Shown here: positions 13,554-24,756 of the stretch, piece after piece
How the letters are laid out: each line of letters opens with the position of its first letter
How positions within the stretch are numbered: position 1 is the stretch's first letter
Assembly: GCA_021432655.1 (NCBI GenBank)
Contig: MU271583.1
Coordinates: 1-41,882, forward strand
Source of the DNA: Atractiella rhizophila
Taxonomy: Eukaryota
Direction: 5' to 3'
Length of the DNA stretch: 41,882 bases
Made by a program: the position numbers and the translations under genes
The notes under the pieces: model-generated
What the model was told of the DNA's origin: nothing
Database searches by the model: none
What the model saw: only the letters and a program-made list of their open reading frames with translations

Positions 13554-15627
13554 ATGGGTATTCTGCGGTCTCATACCTATTTCACCCCCAAGCGAATCCT
13601 AATCTGCGCTATCCTTTCTCTCCTCCTCGTTTCCCTGGCTTCGTTCGCCTACCTCTTCCCTCTACCATTCGCGATCCACTTTCCAAGTTCCACGCTCACC
13701 GTTTTCGAGCACACGACTGCTAGCTTTACTACGAAGGATGGAGTGACTTATGTTGGGAATAGAGACTGGAAGCTGGACGTAGAGTTTTATTTGGGCATTC
13801 AATATGCAAAAGTGGAGCGGTTCAAAGCGCCTTTGCCAGCTGAAGAACCTGTGAAGCAAAATGAGGTGAACGAAACCGTAAGAATTCATACTTCTTATGG
13901 TCCACCATGTGCGGGTTTGGTGGGAACTCCAAAGGAGGACTGTTTGACGTTCGTTTCTTGCTTGCTCCTTTGCTTTCTTTGAGTTGGCGGTCGTGCATCT
14001 GGGTGTAGACTCGACGTGATACGCCCCGCGATAGCAGAAGACTCAGAGCTCTTACCAGTGCTTGTCTGGTGCGCTTTATCGTTCCTTTCTTGTGAAGTCC
14101 GTACCGAATTGTCGACAGGTTTGACGACGTAGCTTTCATGTCTACTAAGCGGAAAGCGCACTATCCTGCTCGCTTGGTGCAAAAATCCGTCGAGGTCAAC
14201 TTACCAACTATCCTAGTGACCTTGAAGTATGACCCAGCTCCGTTCCACAGCCAGAGTGCTTAATCTAAATCGGCACAGTTACCGTCTCGGAGCAAATGGT
14301 TATTTTGTTTTCGGAGGAATGCCAAATGAGCACCTCAGTATGGGACTGAAGGATCAACGTGCTGCGTTAAGGTACGCAGCTAGTTACAGTACTTCTAAGG
14401 CTAACTAGTGACCAAGGTGGTTGAAGAATCACATAGCAGAATTTGGTGGAGATCCTGAGAAGGTGACTTTCCTTTCTGTCTTTGTGCTGTCCTTACCGCT
14501 ATCTGCAGATAACTGTCATTGGTCAAGATTCTGGGGCAGCAAGCATAGGTCACCACCTCCTCTTCTCAGAAGACGAGCAATTGTTTCGAGCTGGTGCGAA
14601 TACTCTTCACTTCGCTCCTCAGCTGATTATGTATTATCAGCAATTATGCAATCTGGCTATCCTACCTCCTTCCCCACAAACACATGGCTCGACACCGTCC
14701 TTCGTTCATCCAACCTCCTCGGTGTAAGGGTAGGGTGTGAGCATGTTGAGCCTTGGTTGGATTGTGTGAACGATGCTTCGTTCGACGTGCTACTCGGTGC
14801 ATCGAATAGTATGTACGAGGGAGGTCTGGGCATTCCTTGGTACTCGAATATTGACGAGCAATGGATTACGGAACGACCCAGCGTTAGGATGAAAAGAGAC
14901 GGGAGCTGGAAGGCAGTGCCTGTGCTTTGTGGTTGTGAGTAATTCAACTCAGCCGCTCTGTTCACATCCAACTTTTATCCAGCTTTATTCCGAGAGTCGA
15001 CACAATATATTTTGCCAACTGTTGGTTCACCGGAGGCGCTGAAAGCTGAGCTATCCAAATTCGTCACATTGGGTCGAGAGACAGATCCGCTAGCATCAAT
15101 CTTTGATCAACTCCATTCGCTTTATTCCAAAAACTCCAGTTCTCTTCAAGAGGAATTGAGATCTCTTGTGGCTGACATTACCGTCCATGCACCGCGTCGT
15201 ATGTTCATGCAATTTGTTGAGAATGCATGGGGATATCTCCTCTCTGAGGAGGATGGGAGCGATGGCGACCTGACGTGGCTTGATCCTGAGGCACGGAAGA
15301 AATGGCCGATGCTCAGTGACACGATGGCCAAGTACTTTTTGTGTGTAGCTTTCCTTGGTATGTCCCGGATTGACAGATTGGTGCAGGAGCTTTGTATATC
15401 ATCTCGACCCTAATGGCTGGGAACACCGTCAGCACTCTTCCCTCCGAAGCTGAGTGAACTAAGTCTGATGGGGGATGGCAGAAACAACGGATACGTATTG
15501 GCCCCGCTATGGAGAGGCAGGAAACATGGTTTCACTCAAGGAGAATAACGTATCAGTCTTCAGTGACGATTTTCGAATAGAGGAACTGAGACTCATCAAC
15601 GATAACAATGACTTGTTCAATCGTTAA
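13554..15627 (+). CDS. Type-B carboxylesterase/lipase-fold protein with N-terminal membrane anchor; catalytic motifs degenerate; multi-exon
   Basis: FYLGIQYA..RFKAP, EDCL, LPVLVW, VTLNYRLG, GLKDQRAAL, HIAEFGGDPEK.TVIGQDSGAASI, AIMQSG, LDPN, WPRY; stop TAA 15625-15627. Confidence 0.85.
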
Positions 15628-16737
15628 TAATCCCTGCTTGGACCCTGTACAGTGGTTGCTGTGAATTATTGTCAATGTGTCTGAAAACAAAGACCTAATT
15701 AGTTCAAACACCGGCTTTCCTCGATGAAACGAGTTGGTTTTGGCTATGTATCCACATCACCCTTCCAATGACCGCCTGCAGAGTGAAGGAGCAAACCGAT
15801 GTATGCCGCAATCTCAATGCGTCGAAGCAGAGCTTTCTGATCATCTTGCTTCCGAGTTGCCATTGAAAGTTGAGGGCCAGGATTCACATTTCATGTCCAC
15901 ATCGCTTTATTGTGTCAGGAACCTGTTTAGTGTTCACAAGTGTGTTAACGGCCTTCGTCCCTCAGGCCCCTCACCCCACTTGCAAGGGGCATGGCCCCTT
16001 GAACCCTACTGTGGCCATTGTAAGGGTTCGAGTCCAGTACAAAACTCATTTTTCAACCCTTTCAGAATAAAATTTCCTTGTAGGTTCATAAAGGGGCAAG
16101 CATATGGGATATGATGGTGTAATACATTTCATTCCATTGTGTATGGTGAGGGAGGTGTGAGGGCTCAAAAGTGCGTCTTATGACTCATGCCAAGAACTGA
16201 TGAATCTTAGAGTATAGGATGGGATCCTTTTTTCGTCGAAATAGAGCGGTTCAGCGATATAACCCTTAGCTAAACCTTATTGGGGGCACAGAAAAAGCCT
16301 TCAGTACTGCTTTGTCCTTTTTTCCCTGCCTATCTTTGGTGTTGAAGAGGTAGTGAGGAACGAAAGAACATTCCGTTGTTATCATACCATCCTGTACGTC
16401 CTTGCCGAAATAATGTGATAGGATGTATCACAGCTTCCAGGCTTGAGAACTTGGCTTCAAAGTAGATCGGTGAGTTGGAGCTGAGAATCAAATCGCAATG
16501 CGAGTTAGTGTGTAATGGTGTTGTATTCTGATGGCGTTTTGAAAGTGATGAAATGGATCGTTCAACCTGGAAGTTGGCCAAGGTGGAATTTACCTAAGGC
16601 CAGGCTTGACAATTCGACATTTGGCGCTTCTTTTCATCATCAGCAAGATAAATACTGAACTTCTTGTGTTGAGAAGCAATGGGCTGCTCACTCATTATCA
16701 AATATTACACTAATGTCCGTCCACGGCAACATGTGTG

Positions 16738-16819
16738 GGGGTTGTAGCTCATCGGTAGAGCGTTCGCTTAGCATCCGCTCGCCTGCGAAAGGTACTGGGT
16801 TCGATACCCAGCTACTCCA
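16738..16819 (+). tRNA. tRNA-Ala(AGC) with 10-nt intron (copy 1)
   Basis: Acceptor GGGGTTG/CTACTCC-A with G3:U70; D arm GCTC/GAGC; anticodon stem TTCGC/GCGAA, loop TT-AGC-A[tccgctcgcc]T; T arm CTGGG-TTCGATA-CCCAG; T5 Pol III terminator at 16821-16825. Confidence 0.95.
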
Positions 16820-17022
16820 CTTTTTCTATTCTGTTTTTCCAGTTTTTACCCTTTGTGCATGTAACTGAACACACTCCACCTCAATGCCGTGGGGTTCTGC
16901 ACAAGAATTTCACTGATTTTCTCGTCGTGGGGCATCACTATTTCAAATTGTCGTTTCCTACCTTTTTGAACTTCAGCAATCTTGCCAGAGTGACCAGAGC
17001 TATCTTTACGTGTGGCTCCATC

Positions 17023-17828
17023 ATGTCTATTGCTTCACGGTTTGCAACTCACGGAAAAAAGGTACGTTTCTTTCTCCCGGTCGCGCTCTCCTTTAACGTT
17101 TCTGCAGATTGTAGCCATAGGGAGGTGTGTCTCTGCTCCCAAACCTCACCTCCTCTCTCCTGTCCACGATGAACAACCAACACCTGAATGCCTGAGCATT
17201 GATCTCTGATACGACGCTGCATTGTTGGATTGTTGGGTATGAAGGAACTATGCCGAACACATCAAAGAGTTGAACAACACCACTCCTCCAGAACCCTTCT
17301 TCTTCCTCAAACCCACGACTTCCTACGTCACTCCAGAGCAAAAACAAGTGATTGAGATACCTCGAGGTGTGGACGTGCACCACGAAGGTTCGCTCCCCCT
17401 TTCCACGCTTACTATTTTCCTAATTTTGATTTTTGTTTTTCATTGGTCCAGTCGAGCTCGGAGTGGTCATCTCCAAACTGGGACGCGACATTCCAGTCTC
17501 CGAAGCATTCTCCTTCGTCGCAGGGTACACTCTAGCGATCGACGTGACCGCACGGAACATCCAGAACCACGTGAAAGGGAAAGGACTGCCGTGGACGACG
17601 TCGAAGGGGTTCGACAGCTTCTGTCCGATCTCCCGTTTCATCCCTAGGGACGAGGTGAAGGATCCGTACGACCTTCAGCTTTGGTTGAAGGTGAATGAGG
17701 AGATGAGACAGAGGGAGAGGACGAATTTGATGTTGTGGAAGATCCCGGAACTCATCCATCATGTGAGAGGATACGTATTGGCCCCGCTATGGAGAGGCAG
17801 GAAACATGGTCTCACTCAAGGAGAATAA
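17023..17828 (+). pseudogene. 3'-truncated FAHD1 copy fused out of frame to carboxylesterase last-exon sequence at the duplication junction
   Basis: Identical to 19303-20047 up to ...ELIHHV, then reads RGYVLAPLWRGRKHGLTQGE*; lacks the GDFILTGTP motif. Confidence 0.8.
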
Positions 17829-19017
17829 CGTATCAGTCTTCAGTGACGATTTTCGAATAGAGGAACTGAGACTCATCAACGATAACAATGACTTGTTCAA
17901 TCGTTAATAATCCCTGCTTGGACCCTGTACAGTGGTTGCTGTGAATTATTGTCAATGTGTCTGAAAACAAAGACCTAATTAGTTCAAACACCGGCTTTCC
18001 TCGATGAAACGAGTTGGTTTTGGCTATGTATCCACATCACCCTTCCAATGACCGCCTGCAGAGTGAAGGAGCAAACCGATGTATGCCGCAATCTCAATGC
18101 GTCGAAGCAGAGCTTTCTGATCATCTTGCTTCCGAGTTGCCATTGAAAGTTGAGGGCCAGGATTCACATTTCATGTCCACATCGCTTTATTGTGTCAGGA
18201 ACCTGTTTAGTGTTCACAAGTGTGTTAACGGCCTTCGTCCCTCAGGCCCCTCACCCCACTTGCAAGGGGCATGGCCCCTTGAACCCTACTGTGGCCATTG
18301 TAAGGGTTCGAGTCCAGTACAAAACTCATTTTTCAACCCTTTCAGAATAAAATTTCCTTGTAGGTTCATAAAGGGGCAAGCATATGGGATATGATGGTGT
18401 AATACATTTCATTCCATTGTGTATGGTGAGGGAGGTGTGAGGGCTCAAAAGTGCGTCTTATGACTCATGCCAAGAACTGATGAATCTTAGAGTATAGGAT
18501 GGGATCCTTTTTTCGTCGAAATAGAGCGGTTCAGCGATATAACCCTTAGCTAAACCTTATTGGGGGCACAGAAAAAGCCTTCAGTACTGCTTTGTCCTTT
18601 TTTCCCTGCCTATCTTTGGTGTTGAAGAGGTAGTGAGGAACGAAAGAACATTCCGTTGTTATCATACCATCCTGTACGTCCTTGCCGAAATAATGTGATA
18701 GGATGTATCACAGCTTCCAGGCTTGAGAACTTGGCTTCAAAGTAGATCGGTGAGTTGGAGCTGAGAATCAAATCGCAATGCGAGTTAGTGTGTAATGGTG
18801 TTGTATTCTGATGGCGTTTTGAAAGTGATGAAATGGATCGTTCAACCTGGAAGTTGGCCAAGGTGGAATTAACCCAAGGCCAGGCTTGACAATTCGACAT
18901 TTGGCGCTTCTTTTCATCATCAGCAAGATAAATACTGAACTTCTTGTGTTGAGAAGCAATGGGCTGCTCACTCATTATCAAATATTACACTAATGTCCGT
19001 CCACGGCAACATGTGTG

Positions 19018-19099
19018 GGGGTTGTAGCTCATCGGTAGAGCGTTCGCTTAGCATCCGCTCGCCTGCGAAAGGTACTGGGTTCGATACCCAGCTACTCCA
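19018..19099 (+). tRNA. tRNA-Ala(AGC) with 10-nt intron (copy 2)
   Basis: Identical to 16738-16819. Confidence 0.95.
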
Positions 19100-19302
19100 C
19101 TTTTTCTATTCTGTTTTTCCAGTTTTTACCCTTTGTGCATGTAACTGAACACACTCCACCTCAATGCCGTGGGGTTCTGCACAAGAATTTCACTGATTTT
19201 CTCGTCGTGGGGCATCACTATTTCAAATTGTCGTTTCCTACCTTTTTGAACTTCAGCAATCTTGCCAGAGTGACCAGAGCTATCTTTACGTGTGGCTCCA
19301 TC

Positions 19303-20283
19303 ATGTCTATTGCTTCACGGTTTGCAACTCACGGAAAAAAGGTACGTTTCTTTCTCCCGGTCGCGCTCTCCTTTAACGTTTCTGCAGATTGTAGCCATAG
19401 GGAGGTGTGTCTCTGCTCCCAAACCTCACCTCCTCTCTCCTGTCCACGATGAACAACCAACACCTGAATGCCTGAGCATTGATCTCTGATACGACGCTGC
19501 ATTGTTGGATTGTTGGGTATGAAGGAACTATGCCGAACACATCAAAGAGTTGAACAACACCACTCCTCCAGAACCCTTCTTCTTCCTCAAACCCACGACT
19601 TCCTACGTCACTCCAGAGCAAAAACAAGTGATTGAGATACCTCGAGGTGTGGACGTGCACCACGAAGGTTCGCTCCCCCTTTCCACGCTTACTATTTTCC
19701 TAATTTTGATTTTTGTTTTTCATTGGTCCAGTCGAGCTCGGAGTGGTCATCTCCAAACTGGGACGCGACATTCCAGTCTCCGAAGCATTCTCCTTCGTCG
19801 CAGGGTACACTCTAGCGATCGACGTGACCGCACGGAACATCCAGAACCACGTGAAAGGGAAAGGACTGCCGTGGACGACGTCGAAGGGGTTCGACAGCTT
19901 CTGTCCGATCTCCCGTTTCATCCCTAGGGACGAGGTGAAGGATCCGTACGACCTTCAGCTTTGGTTGAAGGTGAATGAGGAGATGAGACAGAGGGAGAGG
20001 ACGAATTTGATGTTGTGGAAGATCCCGGAACTCATCCATCATGTGAGCGGGATCATGACGTTGGAAGAGGGCGACTTCATCCTCACTGGTATGTTTTACT
20101 CTTGCTCAGCGCAAGGAGATGAGGTTAACTTGGTGTGCTGGGAAAGGTACGCCCGCTGGAGTTGGACCGGTGAAGGCGGGTGATAAGGTGTTTGCTGGCT
20201 TGGTGCAGGATGGAACGGAATTGGCGAGACTCGACCTCGTCGCGAAAGCGAGGCTTGGTGGATATCAGTTCACTGGCAAATAG
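19303..20283 (+). CDS. FAHD1: Fumarylacetoacetate hydrolase domain protein (FAHD1/Fmp41, acylpyruvase/oxaloacetate decarboxylase); 4 introns
   Basis: KIVAIGRNYAEHIKEL, PFFFLKP, HHEVELGVVI, DVTARN, GLPWTTSKGFDSFCP, LEEGDFILTGTPAGVG; stop 20281-20283. Confidence 0.93.
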
Positions 20284-20591
20284 TGCCGCTGAAATTGCAG
20301 ATGTGTAGATTAACAGATCAATATAGACCTTAGATTGGGCTCTGTGTCCATGCTGTTCACGAAATGACATTCATTCTGCAGGGACTCTCGAATGAGTTCT
20401 GCTATTCATGAGGTATTTAATGTGCCGGATTATGGAGGACACACTGGATTAAGCGTCGGTATGACATGAAATTACGAAGATGATAATCCTTTACCAAAGT
20501 ACTGCCATCAAAGGTCCGAATAGCTGCATTCCATAGTTCAGTAATGCACTCTTCCACGAGAAGATGTAGAAGATGTCGTACAGGAGAAAAG

Positions 20592-21225
20592 TTAGAAGCC
20601 TTTCTCCTCCAGCCACTTCTTGACCTCATCCACCCTCTTCCCCTCGATTTTGATGATCATGCTGGGCTCCTTTAGACGGACTGTCCAATCAGGAAAAGAA
20701 GCGCGTAAGTCGTAGAGCATTTTCTACCACACACACACACGTATATCAGCTTTGTTAGTGGACTGGCAAAGAAAAACAAACAAAGGGCGATCCCTGTATC
20801 TTTCGAATCAAGGTAAACTTCTTATTATCAATCCTCCTCCTATCCGAATAGACGGGCAACATTCCACTATTCTCTATCCTCCCCACACTATACCCCCACT
20901 GCACACCGCCCTTTGGCTGATGGCTAGGGTTCAAAAACAGTCCACCATTCCTACTCCACTTCTCAACCAACGCCTCCCTCGCCTTCTCCAGCCTCGGACT
21001 CTCCTCCAACCTCCGCTGGGACGTGAACCTCGCGAAGGGCTCCGAGGCGAGCTTGAGCTCCGGAGGAGGAGAGGGGGCGATCTTGCGCGGTTTGGAACCT
21101 CCTTGCCAGGAGGAGAGGATGGTGTTCTCGTGTCGACGGAGGTGGAGGATGCGGGAGTGGGTGTTGTTGGAGGAGTGCTGCTTGAAGGAGGCGGGGTGCG
21201 GACGGGGGAACTTGACGCGGGGCAT
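20592..21225 (-). CDS. IMG2: Mitochondrial ribosomal protein mL49/Img2; one intron
   Basis: YSVGR..SGMLPVYSD....KFTLIRKIQG and terminal VDEVKKWLEEKGF*, typical of mL49. Confidence 0.85.
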
Positions 21226-21405
21226 TGCTGTGTCGGTCGTGGGGGGGTATGCTAGGAGAGGGAGAGGGAAGCAGAGAAGAAAGTTGCAATGGAGGAAATT
21301 TGTTGCACGAGGAACATCGGAAGAACCCGACGTACGGACAGCGTACGAACAGCTGACTTTTATGCGTCCTGCAAATAAGATTGTCAGCGAGCGAGCAACA
21401 GGAGC

Positions 21406-24340
21406 ATGGCACCGTCAACTCCACCCAAGTCCAAACCGGGCAAGTCGCTCGAACAGTACGCGCTCGACGTCATCTCCTCCCCTTTCGGCGGCGACAGCAA
21501 TGCGAACGGCTCCGCCCCCAGCACGTCGGTGAAGAACCTCTCCGCGCTCCTCATCTCGCACGGGTTCATCTCCCGCCCGTTCTCCCTGTCGACTCTGGAC
21601 GAGGCGGAGATAGAGCGGATCGTACGCTGCTTCTGGGCGGTATTGGGTGCACGCGCCGTACGTTGTTTCGTTTCGCTCCCTGTTTGCAATGTTGGAAAAG
21701 AAGTGGTTGAGAGGTTTGTGGTTTGTGAATAAGGACGCGTTGAGCTCGCTTTCGACGTTGACGAGCGCACACCAAGTCTTGAATTACGACCTGTCGCGCT
21801 CCCAAACCCTCTTGCACCAGTCGTTGGAGCAACAGGCGCACTTGGAGAGCGAATTCGAGGCCCTCAAATCGAAGGTAGAGTGCGTCATCTCCCTTCTACC
21901 GAGTCGATCGTATGTTAACGTTGGTCTGAGGATAGCAAGGTACAAAAGGAATTGAACCAGGAGAGCGCGTCGCATAAAACCACGAGGGAGGAACTGAACA
22001 AGTCTCGCTCCGCTTTACAATATGTCAAGACACAAACGTCTCTCACGGTCAGGCGACACGAACTTCTCTCTGCGAGCATAGCCCAGAAATTGTACGTCCT
22101 GCTCCCATCCTTCCTACTTCAATTTACATACTGATGGGAATGAAACAGCCAACAACTCTCCTCCCTATCCCCCGCAGCCCCAACCACCGTCCGCATCCTG
22201 AACCCCAGCGTATCCAACGGATTCCCCTCCGCTCCTTCGGGGGGATCAGCGGAGACGGAGCTGTTGGAAGAGAGTCTGAGGGACGCGGAGGCTCGAGCGG
22301 CGAGGGAGAGAATGGAGAATTCGAACTTGAGGAACTTGTTGAAGGAGGTGAGAGATTGGAGCGTGAATGTGAGGAGGGGGGATTTCGAGATTGAGGATCT
22401 GCTTTTGGATCCGGATACCGAAGATGTATGTCCATCTCTTCTCTCTTTCGTTCTTCTTTGCTTTTGATTCCGTTTTGACACGTTGACACGTTGATGTTGA
22501 TGGATGGGGATATGGATATGGATATGGATAGATTGAGAATTTGCCAGCGGAAACGGTCGCGATGAAGGTCCATCAAGAACTCTTCCATCTGAGGGAACTG
22601 GTCGTGGAAATTTTGAGGGAGAAGAAGGAAAAGTTCAAGGTGTTGGAAGCCGGCTTTGGGGAGAAGGAGAAGGAGTGGGAGGCGCGGAGGGAAGAGTTGG
22701 AGGCTGAACTCCGTAAGTTGTTTTCTCGTCTTCTTATCTTCCCCTCTGCAGGATGCTGCCTCGGCATCTGCGTGCATGCATGATGAGAAACTCACAGACC
22801 TGAACTGAATTCCTCTTTGGAGGAATGAATGAGGTCAACATTATTGCCTTTTTTCTGACAGGCACACATAATCATTCTCCATAAACAACAGCTTTCTAAT
22901 TTTACTGTATGTTATGCGCAGAGGACATCAAAGACCAGTTGGAGAAGGCGAACGAGATGGTAGAAGCGTTTATCAGCGCTGAATCACTACACGGACATCC
23001 CGCACTGGCTAATGGATTGCCAAATGGGAAAGACCACGACCTAGGAGACGAGACGACGTATGTTCCTCCTGCTCCATCGCGAAGACTATGTGAACTGAAA
23101 GGTGATGTATTCAGTGACGGAATCGAGGATGAGATGGTTCGACAGCGTAGATTGCTTGAGGAGGAGAGGCAGAAGTTTACCGAAGCGGCGGTCCGGTTAG
23201 GAAAAGAGAGGGGCGAGTTCGAGGTTCGTTCCTTTTCTCGAGTATCAGAATGGACAGACCAAATGATTGTGAACGGCGGCACAGGCTGAGCGGATAGCCT
23301 TTTATGAAGAACGACGAAAGTTGCAAGTCCAGCTCATGCTCTCCGATCTACCCGAGACCCCTCTTTCCGCCAAAGCTCCAGCACCGGCCGAGGAAGGAAC
23401 GAAGCCCTCAAGGAGGGTCTCTATCGCTTCTCCCCTCATCGCGAAAAGGGCAAAAAGCCCTCCGCCGATTGCCGTGCCGAAAACGACGAACAGTCGATTG
23501 AAGAATATCCTTGCGATGGCTACCGATTCTCAGGACGTACCGACACTACCTGACTCTCCAGAGCCGATCCCTACGAAAGAGAAGGCGAAGGAGAAGGTCA
23601 AGGAGAAAGAAAAGGAAAAGGAAAAGGTGCGCCGTCCGACCATCACTTCGAAACCTTCCGCCTCCTCCACACACACAACTACCGTTGTCCAATCTCGTCG
23701 CGTCGGTTCCACATCAGCAGCCACGTCTCCTCCTCCGGTACGAAAGTCTACCTCCCCTGTCGCTCCTGCGGAGAAACTCTCGAAGCCTTTAGACAAAGGC
23801 CCTAACAAACCTCTGGTGCTGTCTTCTGGGGAAGAGAGGAAGGGACTCCAGATGCGCAAGCGGAGCAATAGCACGTCAGCGCCCCCGACGAGAGAGGTCA
23901 CCAATCCAATAAGATCGAGGAAGGTCAGTGTCGGCCCTGGGGTCTCTGTTCGCGAGAAAGAGACGGCGAATGGTGCGAGTAAGATTGGAGCCTTGAAAAG
24001 GAGCAGCTCGATGAAGGTTTCTACTTCTACTACGTCAGCAGCGGCCCCTGAGAAAGCAAAGGAGGGAACGAGAAGCCGAAAGGACTCCACCCATGCCCGT
24101 GCAGCAACTGTGTCATCGTCGACTGTCCCCAAGAAGGTTGGAGAGGAGAAGAACGCGACTGAGACTAGAGCTAGGAAAACTTCCACCGTTGGGCGATCTG
24201 CCTCAACATCAATATCTCTGAAAACTGAGAAGGAGAAGGAGAGGGAGAAGGAGAAGGAGAAAAGGAGCGTTTCAGGGACAGTGTCTGCAAGCGAGCGAGT
24301 GAGGGCGCTTGTCAAGAAAGCGACCGAAAAGAGTGGATAA
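21406..24340 (+). CDS. Afadin/alpha-actinin-binding (ADIP; SSX2IP/Msd1-like) coiled-coil protein with basic low-complexity tail; multi-exon
   Basis: N-terminal 'VKNLSALLISHGF..RPF....IVRCFW' followed by long coiled coils, 'LEEERQKFTEAAVRLGKER' and an S/T/K-rich tail. Family call from memory. Confidence 0.65.
22507..22530 (+). repeat. (GGATAT)n microsatellite at an intron 3' end
   Basis: gggatatggatatggatatggatag read directly. Confidence 0.7.
22775..22862 (+). ncRNA. Intronic box C/D snoRNA, snR56/SNORD25(U25) homolog guiding 18S rRNA Gm (yeast Gm1428 equivalent)
   Basis: Box C ATGATGA 22780-22786; guide TCACAGACCTG 22792-22802 complementary to 18S CAGGUCUGUGA; D' CTGA 22805-22808; internal hairpin ATTCCTC/GAGGAAT; D CTGA 22855-22858; flanking stem GTGCATG/CAGGCAC. 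Lies in an unusually long (~210-nt) intron. Confidence 0.88.
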
Positions 24341-24756
24341 TCGACGTATGGCCTTCTTTTCCTCCTTCTATTCCTCATGCTGCCCTCTTTGCCACATTGT
24401 TCTATTATGTTGTGAATTATTGTCTCTTAGATCTTGTTGATTTATGTTGGATCCCAGATGATTCTTGTTTAACGGTTCGCACATCGCACGAAAATAGTAA
24501 TATGCTACCGCCATCTTCAATACGAATACCAGAGGTATATATGCCGAAACACTCAAATCAACGCAGACACGTAAACGGACGATCCATCTAAAGGAAGAAA
24601 AGCAGTTGTAATACAGTGTCGGTCTTGTGGTGAGGCACAAAGCAGCTCGTTAGGCTCGAGCAGCGCAAAAAAACTACATCAATGTTGTACAGAGCGGTCA
24701 CAATTTTTGTACTTCAGCCGTGTATCAAGTTACAACGACGAAAGAGTTCGCTCCTA

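Larger units (their letters stand above)
15489..20047. repeat. Head-to-tail tandem duplication, period 2,280 bp (copy 1 15489-17767, copy 2 17769-20047)
   Basis: Lines are identical at offset 2280 except for the substitutions I found at 15531/17811, 16591/18871 and 16595/18875; ORF track entries are duplicated with the same offset. Confidence 0.98.

Noticed and set aside
15734..16114. 126-aa ORF present in both duplicate copies
   Set aside because: Starts at TTG, has no motif, and its conservation only reflects the recent duplication.
16545..16658. GTGATGA...CTGA pair and weak inverted repeats upstream of the tRNA
   Set aside because: No terminal stem and no rRNA-complementary guide recognised; two of the inter-copy substitutions fall within it.
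5085..21225. Several mitochondrial-protein genes close together (ATP1, CBP6, FAHD1, IMG2)
   Set aside because: They are interspersed with unrelated genes; not distinguishable from chance without synteny data.
23530..24378. 282-aa minus-strand ORF with FS repeats
   Set aside because: Antisense to the EK-repeat, low-complexity exon of the ADIP-like gene.
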